A stretch of DNA of 41,534 nt from Candidatus Rokuibacteriota bacterium (GTDB lineage Bacteria > Methylomirabilota > Methylomirabilia > Rokubacteriales > CSP1-6): NCBI GenBank assembly GCA_003221435.1, contig QHRS01000091.1, positions 1-41,534 on the forward strand, in the 5' to 3' direction. Positions 14,226 to 22,837 of this stretch are shown piece by piece. The notes beneath the pieces were generated by a model. It searched no databases. It was not told where the DNA came from and worked only from the letters and a program-made list of their open reading frames with translations. The first letter of the stretch is position 1. The number at the start of each line of letters is the position of its first letter. A program made the position numbers and the translations under genes.

Positions 14226-14765
14226 TTACTGGACCCGGCTGATCGTGAGGAGCGAGGAGTCCATCCAGGGTGTTTCCTCGGCCGCGCCCGACAGGCGCGT
14301 GAGGAACGTGTTCTGGCCGCTGAGTGCGGCCTCCGCCCGCACGCGCACGTAGAAGAGTTCGCTCTGGTCGAGCTGCGCGGCCGGCATCAGCTTGAGCCCG
14401 CGCAGCTCGGAGAGCACGCGCTGCGCGTCGCGCAGCTCCCGGGAGACGTACGGCTCCCGGGTTTCGCCGGCCAGGGAGGCGTAGAGGAGCTGGCGTTCGA
14501 CCATCCGCCTCTGCAAGAGGCGGTCGAGCCACATTGGCCGGTGCTGCCACAGCTCCACCGTGAAGCGCACATGGCTCGGAATCCCGCTCCGGATGCTCTC
14601 GGTGAAGCTCGCGGGGATCGCGCCGAGCACCGTCGTCTGGACGGTCACGTCCTGGTCGTTGAGGTAGACGGAGAGGCTGCTGATGCGTAGCTCGGCGCTC
14701 GCCGGGACCGCGATTGCTACGATCAGAATCGTGAAGCAGACGCCCAGAATGGGACGCGCGCGCAT
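14226..14765 (-). CDS. DUF4390-like secreted protein, commonly found upstream of NtrY/NtrX-type pairs
   Basis: 179-aa ORF with a signal peptide (MRARPILGVCFTILIVAIAVPASA). Its stop is 1 nt from the kinase start. The family assignment is from memory of this gene context. Confidence 0.6.
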   Translation of the reverse strand: MRARPILGVCFTILIVAIAVPASAELRISSLSVYLNDQDVTVQTTVLGAIPASFTESIRSGIPSHVRFTVELWQHRPMWLDRLLQRRMVERQLLYASLAGETREPYVSRELRDAQRVLSELRGLKLMPAAQLDQSELFYVRVRAEAALSGQNTFLTRLSGAAEETPWMDSSLLTISRVQ

Positions 14766-14779
14766 ATCGGCCGGACCGC

Positions 14780-14785
14780 ATTATA
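14780..14785 (-). promoter_or_regulatory. Perfect TATAAT -10 box 14 nt upstream of the DUF4390 gene ATG
   Basis: The minus strand reads gcgcTATAATgcggtccggccgatATG. I found no good -35. Confidence 0.3.
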
Positions 14786-14890
14786 GCGCGGGCGGGCACT
14801 CCGCTCTCCCGAGTCCGTCCGGCGCCCCCGGCCCTGCTCGAGAAGGTCGGAGCCGCGGGGCGGCGACAGCGCGAACGACCGAGTCAACGT

Positions 14891-14917
14891 CGGGGGGAGC
14901 GAGCGCCGCTCCCCCCG
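14891..14917. other. Perfect 11-bp GC-rich hairpin (CGGGGGGAGCG-agcgc-CGCTCCCCCCG)
   Basis: Read directly from the 383-bp spacer between lpxC and the DUF4390 gene. There is no U-tract. Confidence 0.6.
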
Positions 14918-15060
14918 ACACCCCCCACGGGGCCACCGGTCGCGACGATTCTTTCACGAGCTCCGAGACGTACACGGGCGTACGTCGCAGTGAGGAGCGA
15001 CCGAGCCAACGACACGGACGGGCTTTTGGCGGCGGCCCGCGAGACCAGACGAGCGGGGCC

Positions 15061-15149
15061 CGTCGGAGTGTCTGCCTTCGAGCGCCGGCCGGCGCAATGC
15101 GATTGTGGGGGAGGCTCGGAGGGGGCCGTCGAGGTCCCCTCCGATGGTC
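15061..15149 (+). repeat. GC-rich palindromic intergenic repeat, copy B (long form)
   Basis: Aligns with the reverse complement of 9488..9581. It abuts the lpxC stop codon (15149..15151). Confidence 0.85.
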
Positions 15150-16054
15150 TAGAGGGCGGCGAAACCCGGGGCGGGCGTCAGGTCGGCGGCCCGCGGGATC
15201 AGCTCCCGCGCGGGGCTCGCGGCACGCCGCGGGGCACCGTACGCTTGCTCGAGGGCCGTGACGAGCTGGAAATTCAGCGCGTGGCCGGCGTTGCGCGCGA
15301 TGACGTGGCCCTGAACCGGGCGGCCGAGCAACGCGAGGTCGCCGATCAGGTCGAGGATCTTGTGCCGGACGAACTCGTCGCGATAGCGGAGCTGGTTCAG
15401 CACGCTGCGCTTGCCGACGACGACCGCGTTGTCGAGCGAGCCGCCCTGCGCCAGGCCGTTCCGGCGCAGCTCATCGACGTCCTTCAGGAAGCCGTAGGTC
15501 CGGGCCGGCGCGAGCTCCCCGACGAACGTTTCTTCTGTCGGCTCGCACGAAATCACCTGGGTTCCGACGGCCGGATGGGTGCTGTCAAGCGTGTAGCTGA
15601 TGCGGAACGTGTCGCAGGGGAGGACCTGGAGCCAGCGGGACTCGGTGCCGACGCGGATCGGCCGGCTGATGACGAGCGGCTGGCGCCGGGCGCCAAGCGT
15701 CATGCGGCCGGCAGAGCGCAGCAGCGAGACGAAGGGCTGGGCGCTGCCGTCGGCTGCCGGAACTTCGGCTCCATCCACCTTGATGTCGAGGTTGTCGATG
15801 CCGAGTCCCGCGGCCGCGGCCATGAGATGCTCGACCGTCTGGACGCGCGTGCCGTTCGCGCCGAGCGTGGTCGCGTAATGGGAGTCGACGACGCTCGACG
15901 ACAGCGCAGGGATCGCGATCGTATGGCCGACGACGTGGAACAGAACCCCCGCGTTCGGGCCGGCCGGCGAGATGACGATCTTCGTGGGCCGCCCCGAGTG
16001 AAGTCCGATCCCTTCGAAGGCGACCTGTTTCTTGATCGTCTGTTGGAAGGTCAT
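15149..16054 (-). CDS. lpxC: UDP-3-O-acyl-N-acetylglucosamine deacetylase
   Basis: From the internal ATG at 16054: MTFQQTIKKQVAFEGIGLHSGRPTKIVISPA...TVEHLMAA...FVRHKILDLIGDL. 301 aa. Confidence 0.93.
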   Translation of the reverse strand: MTFQQTIKKQVAFEGIGLHSGRPTKIVISPAGPNAGVLFHVVGHTIAIPALSSSVVDSHYATTLGANGTRVQTVEHLMAAAAGLGIDNLDIKVDGAEVPAADGSAQPFVSLLRSAGRMTLGARRQPLVISRPIRVGTESRWLQVLPCDTFRISYTLDSTHPAVGTQVISCEPTEETFVGELAPARTYGFLKDVDELRRNGLAQGGSLDNAVVVGKRSVLNQLRYRDEFVRHKILDLIGDLALLGRPVQGHVIARNAGHALNFQLVTALEQAYGAPRRAASPARELIPRAADLTPAPGFAAL

Positions 16055-16070
16055 CTTCACGTGGGAGTTT

Positions 16071-16086
16071 AGCAAGCCAGATGCCA
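16071..16086 (-). promoter_or_regulatory. Sigma-54 (-24/-12)-like motif upstream of lpxC
   Basis: The minus strand reads TGGCATCTGGCTTGCT (consensus TGGCAC-N5-TTGCW; GG-N10-GC is satisfied). It is only about 16 nt from the lpxC ATG, so it may be a chance match. Confidence 0.25.
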
Positions 16087-16224
16087 TAGTGGCGAAATTT
16101 CCGTATCGGCCTGATCTTGAAGATGTTTCACGCGTTCCCGCCCGAACGCGGGGTAGGCCTCCGCGTTCCGAGAATGACACATTAAGTTCTCTGCGGCGTC
16201 TCGTTTACGAGACGTTCGCGGCGT

Positions 16225-16974
16225 TCATCTGCCGAGATCGCCAAGCCGGGATTGGAGGACTGCGATGATCGCCGGGCCCGCGGTCTCCGTCCTCAGGATC
16301 CGCGGGCCGAGACTCGCGGGAATGAACCCCCGCGCGTTCGCCGATTCGACTTCAGCAGCGGAGAAGCCGCCCTCGGGGCCGATCAGGACCGTCGCGCTGC
16401 GCAGCGGGCCCGCGAGGCCCGAGAGCACGGCGTCGAGACTTCGCGCGTCACCTTCCCAGAGGCACAGACGGAGGGCTCCGTGCGAATCGGCGCCGAGAAA
16501 CTCCGAGAGGCGGCGGGGCGGCTCGACGGTGGGAATCACGGCGCGCCCGCACTGCTTGGCCGCCTCCTTCGCGATCCGCTGCCAGCGCCGCGCCCGGTCG
16601 CGCCCGCGGGCCGCATCGAGCCGCACGATCGTCCGCTCGGTGATGATCGGGACGATCCGGGCGACGCCTAGCTCGGTCGACGCCTGGATGATCGCCTCGA
16701 GTTTGTCGCCCTTGGGCACGCCCTGGGCCAGCGTGATCGCGAGCGACGATTCAGAGGGCCGCCGGTCCGAGGCAAGGATGGTTCCGACCGCGGCGTGCGC
16801 CGTCACCCGCTCGAGTCGCACCGTGTACCGGCCGCCGCTTCCGTCGACCGCGCTGATCAGATCGCCCGGGACGAGGCGGAGCGTCCGGAACATGTGCCCC
16901 GCTTCCTCGGCGTCGAACGTGAGCCGCTCGCCCTCGACGGCCTCGGGTTTGACGTGGAATCGGTGGAGGCTCAT
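16225..16974 (-). CDS. rsmE: 16S rRNA (uracil1498-N3)-methyltransferase
   Basis: MSLHRFHVKPEAVEGERLTFDAEEAGHMFRTLRL...LIGPEGGFSAAEVE...LGPRILRTETAG. 249 aa from the internal ATG of ORF 16225..17205. Confidence 0.9.
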   Translation of the reverse strand: MSLHRFHVKPEAVEGERLTFDAEEAGHMFRTLRLVPGDLISAVDGSGGRYTVRLERVTAHAAVGTILASDRRPSESSLAITLAQGVPKGDKLEAIIQASTELGVARIVPIITERTIVRLDAARGRDRARRWQRIAKEAAKQCGRAVIPTVEPPRRLSEFLGADSHGALRLCLWEGDARSLDAVLSGLAGPLRSATVLIGPEGGFSAAEVESANARGFIPASLGPRILRTETAGPAIIAVLQSRLGDLGR

Positions 16975-17017
16975 GAGTGCGCCGGCGGAGCCGGCGCTCG
17001 AAGGGCTGCCCGAAGGC

Positions 17018-17932
17018 TCATGCAGAGCGCCGGAGCAGGAGGCTCGCCCAGCCGTCGATGACTTCGGAATCGGTCGCCCTGAATCCGAGCGGATCAAGGG
17101 CGCCCAGGACCTCGTCGGCCTCGCCCTCGAGCATCCCGCCGAGGATGAGCGCGCCTGTCGGAGCGACGAGATGACGGTAGCGTGCGCCCAGGCGCAGGTG
17201 CGCATTCACGAGCAGGTTCGCGATCACGAGCTGGAAGGCGGTCGCGGCGCGCGCGCTATGCGTGAAGTGCCCCACCGGCCAATCGGACGGCTGTGACTCG
17301 CCCGGCGCCTCGGCGTCCGCCATCGCGCAGCGCACGCGATCGGGCACGCCGTTTCGCGCCGCGTTCGCCGTCGCGGCGGCGATGGCGTCTGGGTCGTTGT
17401 CGACGGCGAGCACGTCCGGAATCCCGAGGTGGGCCGCCGCGATCGCGAGGATGCCGGAGCCCGTGCCGAGATCGAGGGCGCGCTCGATGGTCCCTCCCGA
17501 GCACGCGCGCTCCAGCAGCACGAGGCATCCAGCGGTGCTTCCGTGGTGCCCCGTTCCGAAGGCGCGTCCCGGCTCGATCACGATCGCGAGCCGCGGCGTC
17601 GCCGGAACGTTCCACGGGGGCGCGACGAGCAGCCGAGCGCCCACCTCGATCGGCCGGAAATGCTCCTGCCACGACTCGGCCCAGGCGAGGTCGGCGACCG
17701 CCCGCACGGCCGGCGCCGGGTCCGTGACGGCGTATCCGAGCGCGCGCAGTCCGGCCAGGTATTCGCGAACGCGGGCGTCGAGCGTCTGCGGGGCCACGTC
17801 GGGCGGGAAGAACGCGCGCAGGACCTCGTCCTCGACGACGCCCAGCGCGCCCAGCTCCCAGACGAAGTTGGTGAGCGCTTCGGAGATCTGCTCGGAGACC
17901 GGGACGGTCAGTTCCCAGTAGGGCGGCGACAT
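17018..17932 (-). CDS. prmA: Ribosomal protein L11 methyltransferase
   Basis: [12 protein letters not shown]...WQEHFRPIEVG...IEPGRAFGTGHHGST...LDLGTGSGILAIAA. Its start overlaps the dnaJ stop. Confidence 0.9.
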   Translation of the reverse strand: MSPPYWELTVPVSEQISEALTNFVWELGALGVVEDEVLRAFFPPDVAPQTLDARVREYLAGLRALGYAVTDPAPAVRAVADLAWAESWQEHFRPIEVGARLLVAPPWNVPATPRLAIVIEPGRAFGTGHHGSTAGCLVLLERACSGGTIERALDLGTGSGILAIAAAHLGIPDVLAVDNDPDAIAAATANAARNGVPDRVRCAMADAEAPGESQPSDWPVGHFTHSARAATAFQLVIANLLVNAHLRLGARYRHLVAPTGALILGGMLEGEADEVLGALDPLGFRATDSEVIDGWASLLLRRSA

Positions 17933-19005
17933 CACCCGCCGAGGATCTTCTTGACCCAGCCGCCCTCGTCCTTCATCGCCGCCTCGAACGCCTCGAGCGC
18001 CTCGCGTTGCTTCGCGGTGAGCTTCTGTGGCACTTCGAGTACAACCTGGTAGCAGGCATCGCCGTGCCCGCGGCCGCGCAGGTGCTGCATCCCTTTGCCG
18101 CGCAGCCGGAGCACCTGGTTCGGCTGGGTCCCCGGAGGCACCTTGAGCTTCGCGGTTCCGCCGAGGACCGGCACCTCGACCTCCGTGCCGAGGGCGAGCT
18201 GGGCGAACGTCAGCGGCAGCTCCGTGTAGAGGTCGGAGTCGCGGCGAACGAACCGCTCGTGCTCCTGCACGCGGACTACGACGTAGAGGTCTCCCGGCGG
18301 CCCGCCGCGCGCGCCCCCGGCGCCCTCGCCCGAGAGCCGCATCTGCATGCCGTCCTCGATGCCGGCCGGGATCTTGACCTGTAGCAGCCGCTCGCGGCGG
18401 ACCCGTCCGTCGCCGCGGCAGGTGGCGCACGGGTTCGCGACGATCTCGCCCTGGCCGCCGCAGCGCGGGCACGTCCGGCCGACCGTGAGGAAGCCCTGGG
18501 TGTAGCGAACCTCGCCGCGCCCGTGACACGCCTGGCAGACTTCGCGCTTGCTGCCGGATTCCACGCCGCTGCCGCTGCATGTCTCGCACGTCTCGAGGCG
18601 CGGGACCTGGATCTTCGTCTCGACCCCGCTCGCCGCCTCCTCGAGCGTGATCTTCAGCTCGTATTGCAGGTCTTCGCCGCGAACGGCGCGGCTCCGCTGC
18701 CGGCCGCCGCCGCCCGAGAAGAAGCCCTCGAAGAGGTCCTCGAACAGCGTCCCGAAGCCGACGTCGCCGAACCCGCCCGCCCCGGGCGAGACCGTGCCGA
18801 AGCGGTCGTACTGCGCCCGCTTGTCCGCGTCGGACAGGATGGCGTACGCCTCGTTCAGCTCCTTGAACCGGTTTTCTGCTTCGGCGTCGCCCGGATTCTT
18901 GTCGGGGTGATTGCGCATCGCGAGCTGCCGGTAGGCCTTCTTCAGCTCGGCGTCAGTCGCGTTGCGCGAGACGCCGAGCACTTCATAGTAGTCGCGCGGC
19001 ACCAC
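17932..19005 (-). CDS. dnaJ: Molecular chaperone DnaJ
   Basis: J domain ([34 protein letters not shown]), a G/F region and four CxxCxGxG zinc motifs. The start is uncertain: GTG at 19005 or 19002, or ATG at about 19098. The ORF-track extension to 19197 runs through repeat copy C and is rejected. Confidence 0.9.
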   Translation of the reverse strand: MVPRDYYEVLGVSRNATDAELKKAYRQLAMRNHPDKNPGDAEAENRFKELNEAYAILSDADKRAQYDRFGTVSPGAGGFGDVGFGTLFEDLFEGFFSGGGGRQRSRAVRGEDLQYELKITLEEAASGVETKIQVPRLETCETCSGSGVESGSKREVCQACHGRGEVRYTQGFLTVGRTCPRCGGQGEIVANPCATCRGDGRVRRERLLQVKIPAGIEDGMQMRLSGEGAGGARGGPPGDLYVVVRVQEHERFVRRDSDLYTELPLTFAQLALGTEVEVPVLGGTAKLKVPPGTQPNQVLRLRGKGMQHLRGRGHGDACYQVVLEVPQKLTAKQREALEAFEAAMKDEGGWVKKILGG

Positions 19006-19111
19006 TCGGTGCCGGTCCAAATGACGAGCCAGACGAGGCCCAAGGGAGGGGGCGCCCGGAGTGTACGCGGTCTCGCGCGTCGTCTCGCCCACGGTCACCA
19101 TGCCATGCGGA

Positions 19112-19184
19112 CCGGTCCCCTGGGGGAGGCTCGGAGGGGGCCGCCGAGGCCCCCGTCGATGGGCAACGAAGTATGGCGAAGTAA
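19112..19184 (+). repeat. GC-rich palindromic intergenic repeat, copy C (short form with GATGGGCAACGAAGTATGGCGAA arm)
   Basis: CGGTCCCCTGGGGGAGGCTCGGAGGGGGCCGCCGAGGCCCCCGTCGATGGGCAACGAAGTATGGCGAAGTAA. The reverse complement of 41427..41499 matches with a few mismatches. Confidence 0.85.
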
Positions 19185-19196
19185 GGTGGCCCGGCA

Positions 19197-19712
19197 CTAG
19201 GCGTCCCCGTCGGGCGCGGTGGAGACCGTGACCAGCGCCGGGCGCAGGACCCGCCCGTTGAGCGCGTACCCGCGGAGCGTTTCGCCGACGACCGTGTTCT
19301 CGGGATGCTCCGGGCTGACCACGCGCGACACCGCTTCGTGGCGCGCGGGGTCGAAGCTGGCGCCGAGCGCGGAATACCGCTCGACCCCGAATCGCTCGAG
19401 CACCTTCAGGAGCTCGCGCTGGATCAGCTCGATGCCCTCAACCATCGGCGCCGCCTCGACGCGGGTGCGCGCGGCCTCGAGGGCGCGGTCGAAGTTGTCG
19501 AGCGCGGGCAGCAGCTCGCGGATCAGCGATTCGTTCGCGTACCGGATGTACTCCTCGCGCTCGCGTTGGGCCCGCCGCTTCGTGTTCTCCATCTCCGCGA
19601 GCGCGCGGAGGTAGCGGTCGCTCTTCTCTTCCAGCTCGCGCCGGAGCTGCTCGACCTCGCTCGCGGGCACGTCCCGGGGGGCGGTTGCCGATACTGACGG
19701 CCGTTCGTCCAT
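19197..19712 (-). CDS. grpE: Nucleotide exchange factor GrpE
   Basis: 171-aa ORF: ...[20 protein letters not shown]...[12 protein letters not shown]...FDPARHEAV. Confidence 0.93.
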   Translation of the reverse strand: MDERPSVSATAPRDVPASEVEQLRRELEEKSDRYLRALAEMENTKRRAQREREEYIRYANESLIRELLPALDNFDRALEAARTRVEAAPMVEGIELIQRELLKVLERFGVERYSALGASFDPARHEAVSRVVSPEHPENTVVGETLRGYALNGRVLRPALVTVSTAPDGDA

Positions 19713-19752
19713 GCCACCAGAAAGTATAGCAGGCCGGATCAGGCGACCGGAG

Positions 19753-20778
19753 TCAGGACGGGAAGTAGAGGTCGCGCCGGACGCGGGAGAGGCGCTCGCT
19801 CACCTGATGGGCGGCGTCTCCCACGATCGAGATGACCTGCGGGTACGGCATCCGCCGTGGGCCGACGATCCCGAGAATGCCCAGGACCTGGTCCCGGTAG
19901 GTGTACGTCGACGTGATCAGCGTGCAGTCCTGCAGGTCCGGGACGGGGTTCTCCTCGCCGATCGTGACGCGCACGCCGCCCAACTGGGACAGGCCCGACA
20001 GCAGCTCGATCAGGCGGTCTTTCTGCTCGAACGTCCGGAGCATCTGGCGCATGGCCGCGACGTCGAGAAACTCCGGGTGGTCCAGCATGTTGATCGCGCC
20101 CCTGACGTAGAGCGTGCGGTCCCGCAGGAGATCGAGGATCTGCTCGACGAGCGCGCCGACGCGCGTCCTGAGGCGGTCGAGCGGATCCGCCGGCGCGGCA
20201 TAGTCGTCGAGCACCTGCTGGACGGTTCGGCCGCGCACGCGCCGTGTGATCTCCCGGCCGATCTCGCGCAGGTCGTCCGGCGCGATGTGCGGAGGAAGGT
20301 TGAGCCCGCGGGCGGTCACCCACCCGGCCTCGGTGACGATCACGGCCAGCACCCGGTCGTTCTCCAGCGGGATCAGCTCGAGCTGCGCGAGCCGCGTGTG
20401 CTTGAGCGGCGGCGTGAGGAGCAGGCCTGTGAAGTGGGTCGTCTCGGAGAGCTGCGAGGCGGTCTGCTCCATCAGCCGGTCGACGCCGTCCTGGCGCTCC
20501 CGTGCCGACGGCTCGACGAGCGCGACCGTCGCGGGCGACGGCGGGGGGAAGGAGTCGACGTAGAAGCGGTACGCTTCGTCGGTCGGCACGCGGCCAGCCG
20601 ACGCGTGCGGCTGTGACAGGTATCCCATCTCCTCGAGGTCGGCCATCGCGTTGCGGATGGTGGCGGGCGAGACCGTCGGCATGTGGCGCTTGGCGAGCGC
20701 TCGCGAGCCGACCGGCTCGGCCGAGTCGATGTACTCGCGGATGACCGCGATCAGGACTTCCCGGTGGCGCGCATCCAT
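19753..20778 (-). CDS. hrcA: Heat-inducible transcription repressor HrcA
   Basis: MDARHREVLIAVIREYIDSAEPVGSRALAKR...SPATIRNAMADLEEMGYL...GILGIVGPRRMPY. 341 aa from the internal ATG of ORF 19753..20904. Confidence 0.93.
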   Translation of the reverse strand: MDARHREVLIAVIREYIDSAEPVGSRALAKRHMPTVSPATIRNAMADLEEMGYLSQPHASAGRVPTDEAYRFYVDSFPPPSPATVALVEPSARERQDGVDRLMEQTASQLSETTHFTGLLLTPPLKHTRLAQLELIPLENDRVLAVIVTEAGWVTARGLNLPPHIAPDDLREIGREITRRVRGRTVQQVLDDYAAPADPLDRLRTRVGALVEQILDLLRDRTLYVRGAINMLDHPEFLDVAAMRQMLRTFEQKDRLIELLSGLSQLGGVRVTIGEENPVPDLQDCTLITSTYTYRDQVLGILGIVGPRRMPYPQVISIVGDAAHQVSERLSRVRRDLYFPS

Positions 20779-20791
20779 GGCACCTAGATTG

Positions 20792-20818
20792 TTAGCACAC
20801 TTAGAGAAGCTCGACAAA
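20792..20818 (-). promoter_or_regulatory. Degenerate CIRCE-like element (one good half-site)
   Basis: The minus strand reads TTTGTCGAG-CTTCTCTAA-GTGTGCTAA against the consensus TTAGCACTC-N9-GAGTGCTAA. The right half matches 8/9 and the left half 3/9. The left half lies in the last codons of hemW. Confidence 0.3.
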
Positions 20819-22000
20819 CAGCGCGTCCGAGAGCAGGAAACCGCGCTCGGTAAGCCGCGCCCGGCCGCGGGCGATCGACAGCAGGCCCGCTTCCTGCCAG
20901 GCATCGAGCCGTGCCGTGAGCGAGGGGTCGAGCGCCGCGCGCTCGGTCAGCCACGGGGCGGCTACGCCGTCGAGGGTGCGGAGGCCGAGGATCAGCCGTT
21001 CGCCCGCTTCCTGGCGGTCGCTCAGCACCTCGTGCCCGGCGACGGGGAGCAGTTCGCGCTCGAGGAGGTCGCAGTAGCGGTCCGTCGATCGCGCGTTGCT
21101 GTAGCGTATCCGGCCGAGGAAGCCGCAGGCGCCGGGTCCGAGCCCGAGATACTCGCGGCGCTGCCAGTAGATCTGATTGTGGCGGGAGCGGCAGCCCGGG
21201 AGCGCGTAGTTGGAGATCTCGTAATGCTCGTAGCCGGCCGCGGCGGCGCTCCGGGCAAGCGCCCAGTACTGCTCGACGACCGTGTCCTCCGGGGGAAGGC
21301 CCGACACGCCCGCCGAGCCCCAGAGGCTGCCGTCGTCGAGCGTCAGCCCGTACGCGGAGAGGTGATCCGGTCGCCAGTCGAGCACGGCGCTGACGGTGCG
21401 CTGCCAGCCGTCCGCGTCCAGCGCGGGCAGCCCGTACATGAGGTCGACCGAGACCTGCGGCACGCCGGCGGCCCGGGCCGCGTCGAACGCCGCGCGGGCG
21501 CCGGACGCCGCGTGGAGGCGGCCGAGAAGGGGCAGGATCGTGTCGTCGAGCGATTGCACGCCGAGGCTCACGCGCGTGACGCCCGCCGCGCGGTACGCCC
21601 CGAGCTTCGCACGATTCACGCTCTCCGGGTTGCACTCGACGGTGACCTCCGCGTCGTCGCGCACCGTGAACCTGCGGCGCACGCGCTCGAGGATGTCCGC
21701 CAGCTCGCCGGACTCGAGCAGCGACGGTGTGCCGCCGCCGAAGAAGATCGTCTCGACGCCGATCCCCGCCGCCCAGCCGGCGCCGGCGACGAGGTCGATT
21801 TCCCCGCCGAGCGCGCGCACGTAGCGATCCTTCGCCTCGTCGCGAAAGGGGGCGGTGTTGAAGGAACAGTAGTAGCAGCGCTTGAGGCAGAACGGGACAT
21901 GAATGTACAGCCCGAGCGATGTCGCCCGCGGCGCCGCCCCGGCAAGGACGCCGAGCTGATCCGCGCGCGTACGGCTGGTCGGGCGGGTCGCCACGCTCAT
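20801..22000 (-). CDS. hemW: Radical SAM family heme chaperone HemW (HemN-like)
   Basis: 399-aa ORF: LYIHVPFCLKRCYYCSFN (CxxxCxxC), GGGTPS, ...HYEISNYA. The start may be later than 22000. Confidence 0.88.
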   Translation of the reverse strand: MSVATRPTSRTRADQLGVLAGAAPRATSLGLYIHVPFCLKRCYYCSFNTAPFRDEAKDRYVRALGGEIDLVAGAGWAAGIGVETIFFGGGTPSLLESGELADILERVRRRFTVRDDAEVTVECNPESVNRAKLGAYRAAGVTRVSLGVQSLDDTILPLLGRLHAASGARAAFDAARAAGVPQVSVDLMYGLPALDADGWQRTVSAVLDWRPDHLSAYGLTLDDGSLWGSAGVSGLPPEDTVVEQYWALARSAAAAGYEHYEISNYALPGCRSRHNQIYWQRREYLGLGPGACGFLGRIRYSNARSTDRYCDLLERELLPVAGHEVLSDRQEAGERLILGLRTLDGVAAPWLTERAALDPSLTARLDAWQEAGLLSIARGRARLTERGFLLSDALFVELL

Positions 22001-22022
22001 TGATTGTCACCGCCCCAGGCTG

Positions 22023-22063
22023 CGGCGGGGCCTGGGCGTGTCGAAGTGGAGGCGCCCTGGTGA
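22023..22063. repeat. Local direct repeat, copy 1 (CGGCGGGGCCTGGGCGTGTCGAAG...)
   Basis: The 24-mer at 22023..22046 matches 22122..22145 at 22/24 positions, 99 nt apart, in the lepB-hemW spacer. Confidence 0.6.
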
Positions 22064-22121
22064 GAGATTGGGTCCGCCGCGCGGACCACAGCGCTCATTC
22101 GCTTCGCGTCGAGCACGGCCA

Positions 22122-22165
22122 CGGCGGGGCATGGGCGTGGCGAAGCCCGGGTGCCCATGCCCTGG
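22122..22165. repeat. Local direct repeat, copy 2, containing a 10-bp perfect hairpin
   Basis: CGGCGGGGCATGGGCGTGGCGAAG. GGGCATGGGC (22127..22136) pairs with GCCCATGCCC (22153..22162). It lies directly downstream of the lepB stop. Confidence 0.6.
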
Positions 22166-22837
22166 TCAAGGAATGTAGTTCAGGAGCCGCTTCCAGCGTA
22201 GCCAGTGGCGGTCGCTGTCCCATGACCAGTAGATGAGAAAGGCCTTGCCCTTGATCTTCTCGCGCCTGACGAAGCCCCAGTATCGGCTGTCTTGGGAGTT
22301 GTCGCGGTTGTCACCCATGACGAAGTAGGAGTCGAGCGGGACGGTCGTCGCCTCGCAGCCGTACGCGTAGCCGCAGTAGCCGGGTGGATCGGCGCGGGCA
22401 ACGGACGCCTGCGTCTCCTTCATGTACGGCTCGACGAGCGGTTCGCCGTTCACGATGACGGTGTGGCCGCGGATCAGGACGCGGTCGCCGGGCGTGCCGA
22501 TGATGCGCTTGATGAAGTCGCGCTTCTCGTCCTGTGGGTACTTGAAGACGATGATGTCGCCGCGGCGCGGATCGCGAATCCCCGGCAGGTGCGAGTCGCT
22601 GAGCGGGATCACCGGACCGTACAGAAACTTGTTCACGAGAATGTAGTCGCCGACGAGGAGTGTGTCCATCATCGAGCCCGACGGGATCGTGAAGGCCTGG
22701 ACGACGAGCGTACGGATCACCAGCGCCAGGAGAACCGCGAAAGCGATCGCCTCGGCGTACTCGCGGACGAGGGACTTGCGCCGCTTGGCCGCTTCGACCG
22801 GCTGCGGGATCTCCTCGGTCTCCTCTTGCACGCCCAT
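22166..22837 (-). CDS. lepB: Signal peptidase I
   Basis: MGVQEETEE...FTIPSGSMMDTLLVGDYILVNK...GDIIVFKYP...FIKRIIGTPGD...YFVMGDNRDNSQDSRYWGFV. 223 aa at the end of ORF 22166..24283. Confidence 0.93.
   Translation of the reverse strand: MGVQEETEEIPQPVEAAKRRKSLVREYAEAIAFAVLLALVIRTLVVQAFTIPSGSMMDTLLVGDYILVNKFLYGPVIPLSDSHLPGIRDPRRGDIIVFKYPQDEKRDFIKRIIGTPGDRVLIRGHTVIVNGEPLVEPYMKETQASVARADPPGYCGYAYGCEATTVPLDSYFVMGDNRDNSQDSRYWGFVRREKIKGKAFLIYWSWDSDRHWLRWKRLLNYIP

Noticed and set aside
19006-19197. N-terminal extensions suggested by the ORF track for dnaJ (to 19197). Similar extensions appear for the regulator (to 12241), lpxC (to 16180), rsmE (to 17205), prmA (to 18589), hrcA (to 20904), the GATase (to 39786) and the SBP (from 33433).
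   Set aside because: The extensions are Arg/Pro-rich, overlap upstream genes or repeat elements, and precede well-conserved family N-termini that begin at internal ATG or GTG codons.
20781-20795. A plus-strand TGGCACCTAGATTGT sigma54-like motif at the hrcA start.
   Set aside because: It points antisense into hemW, has TTGT rather than TTGC at -12, and overlaps the hrcA start codon and the CIRCE-like half-site. It is most likely coincidental.
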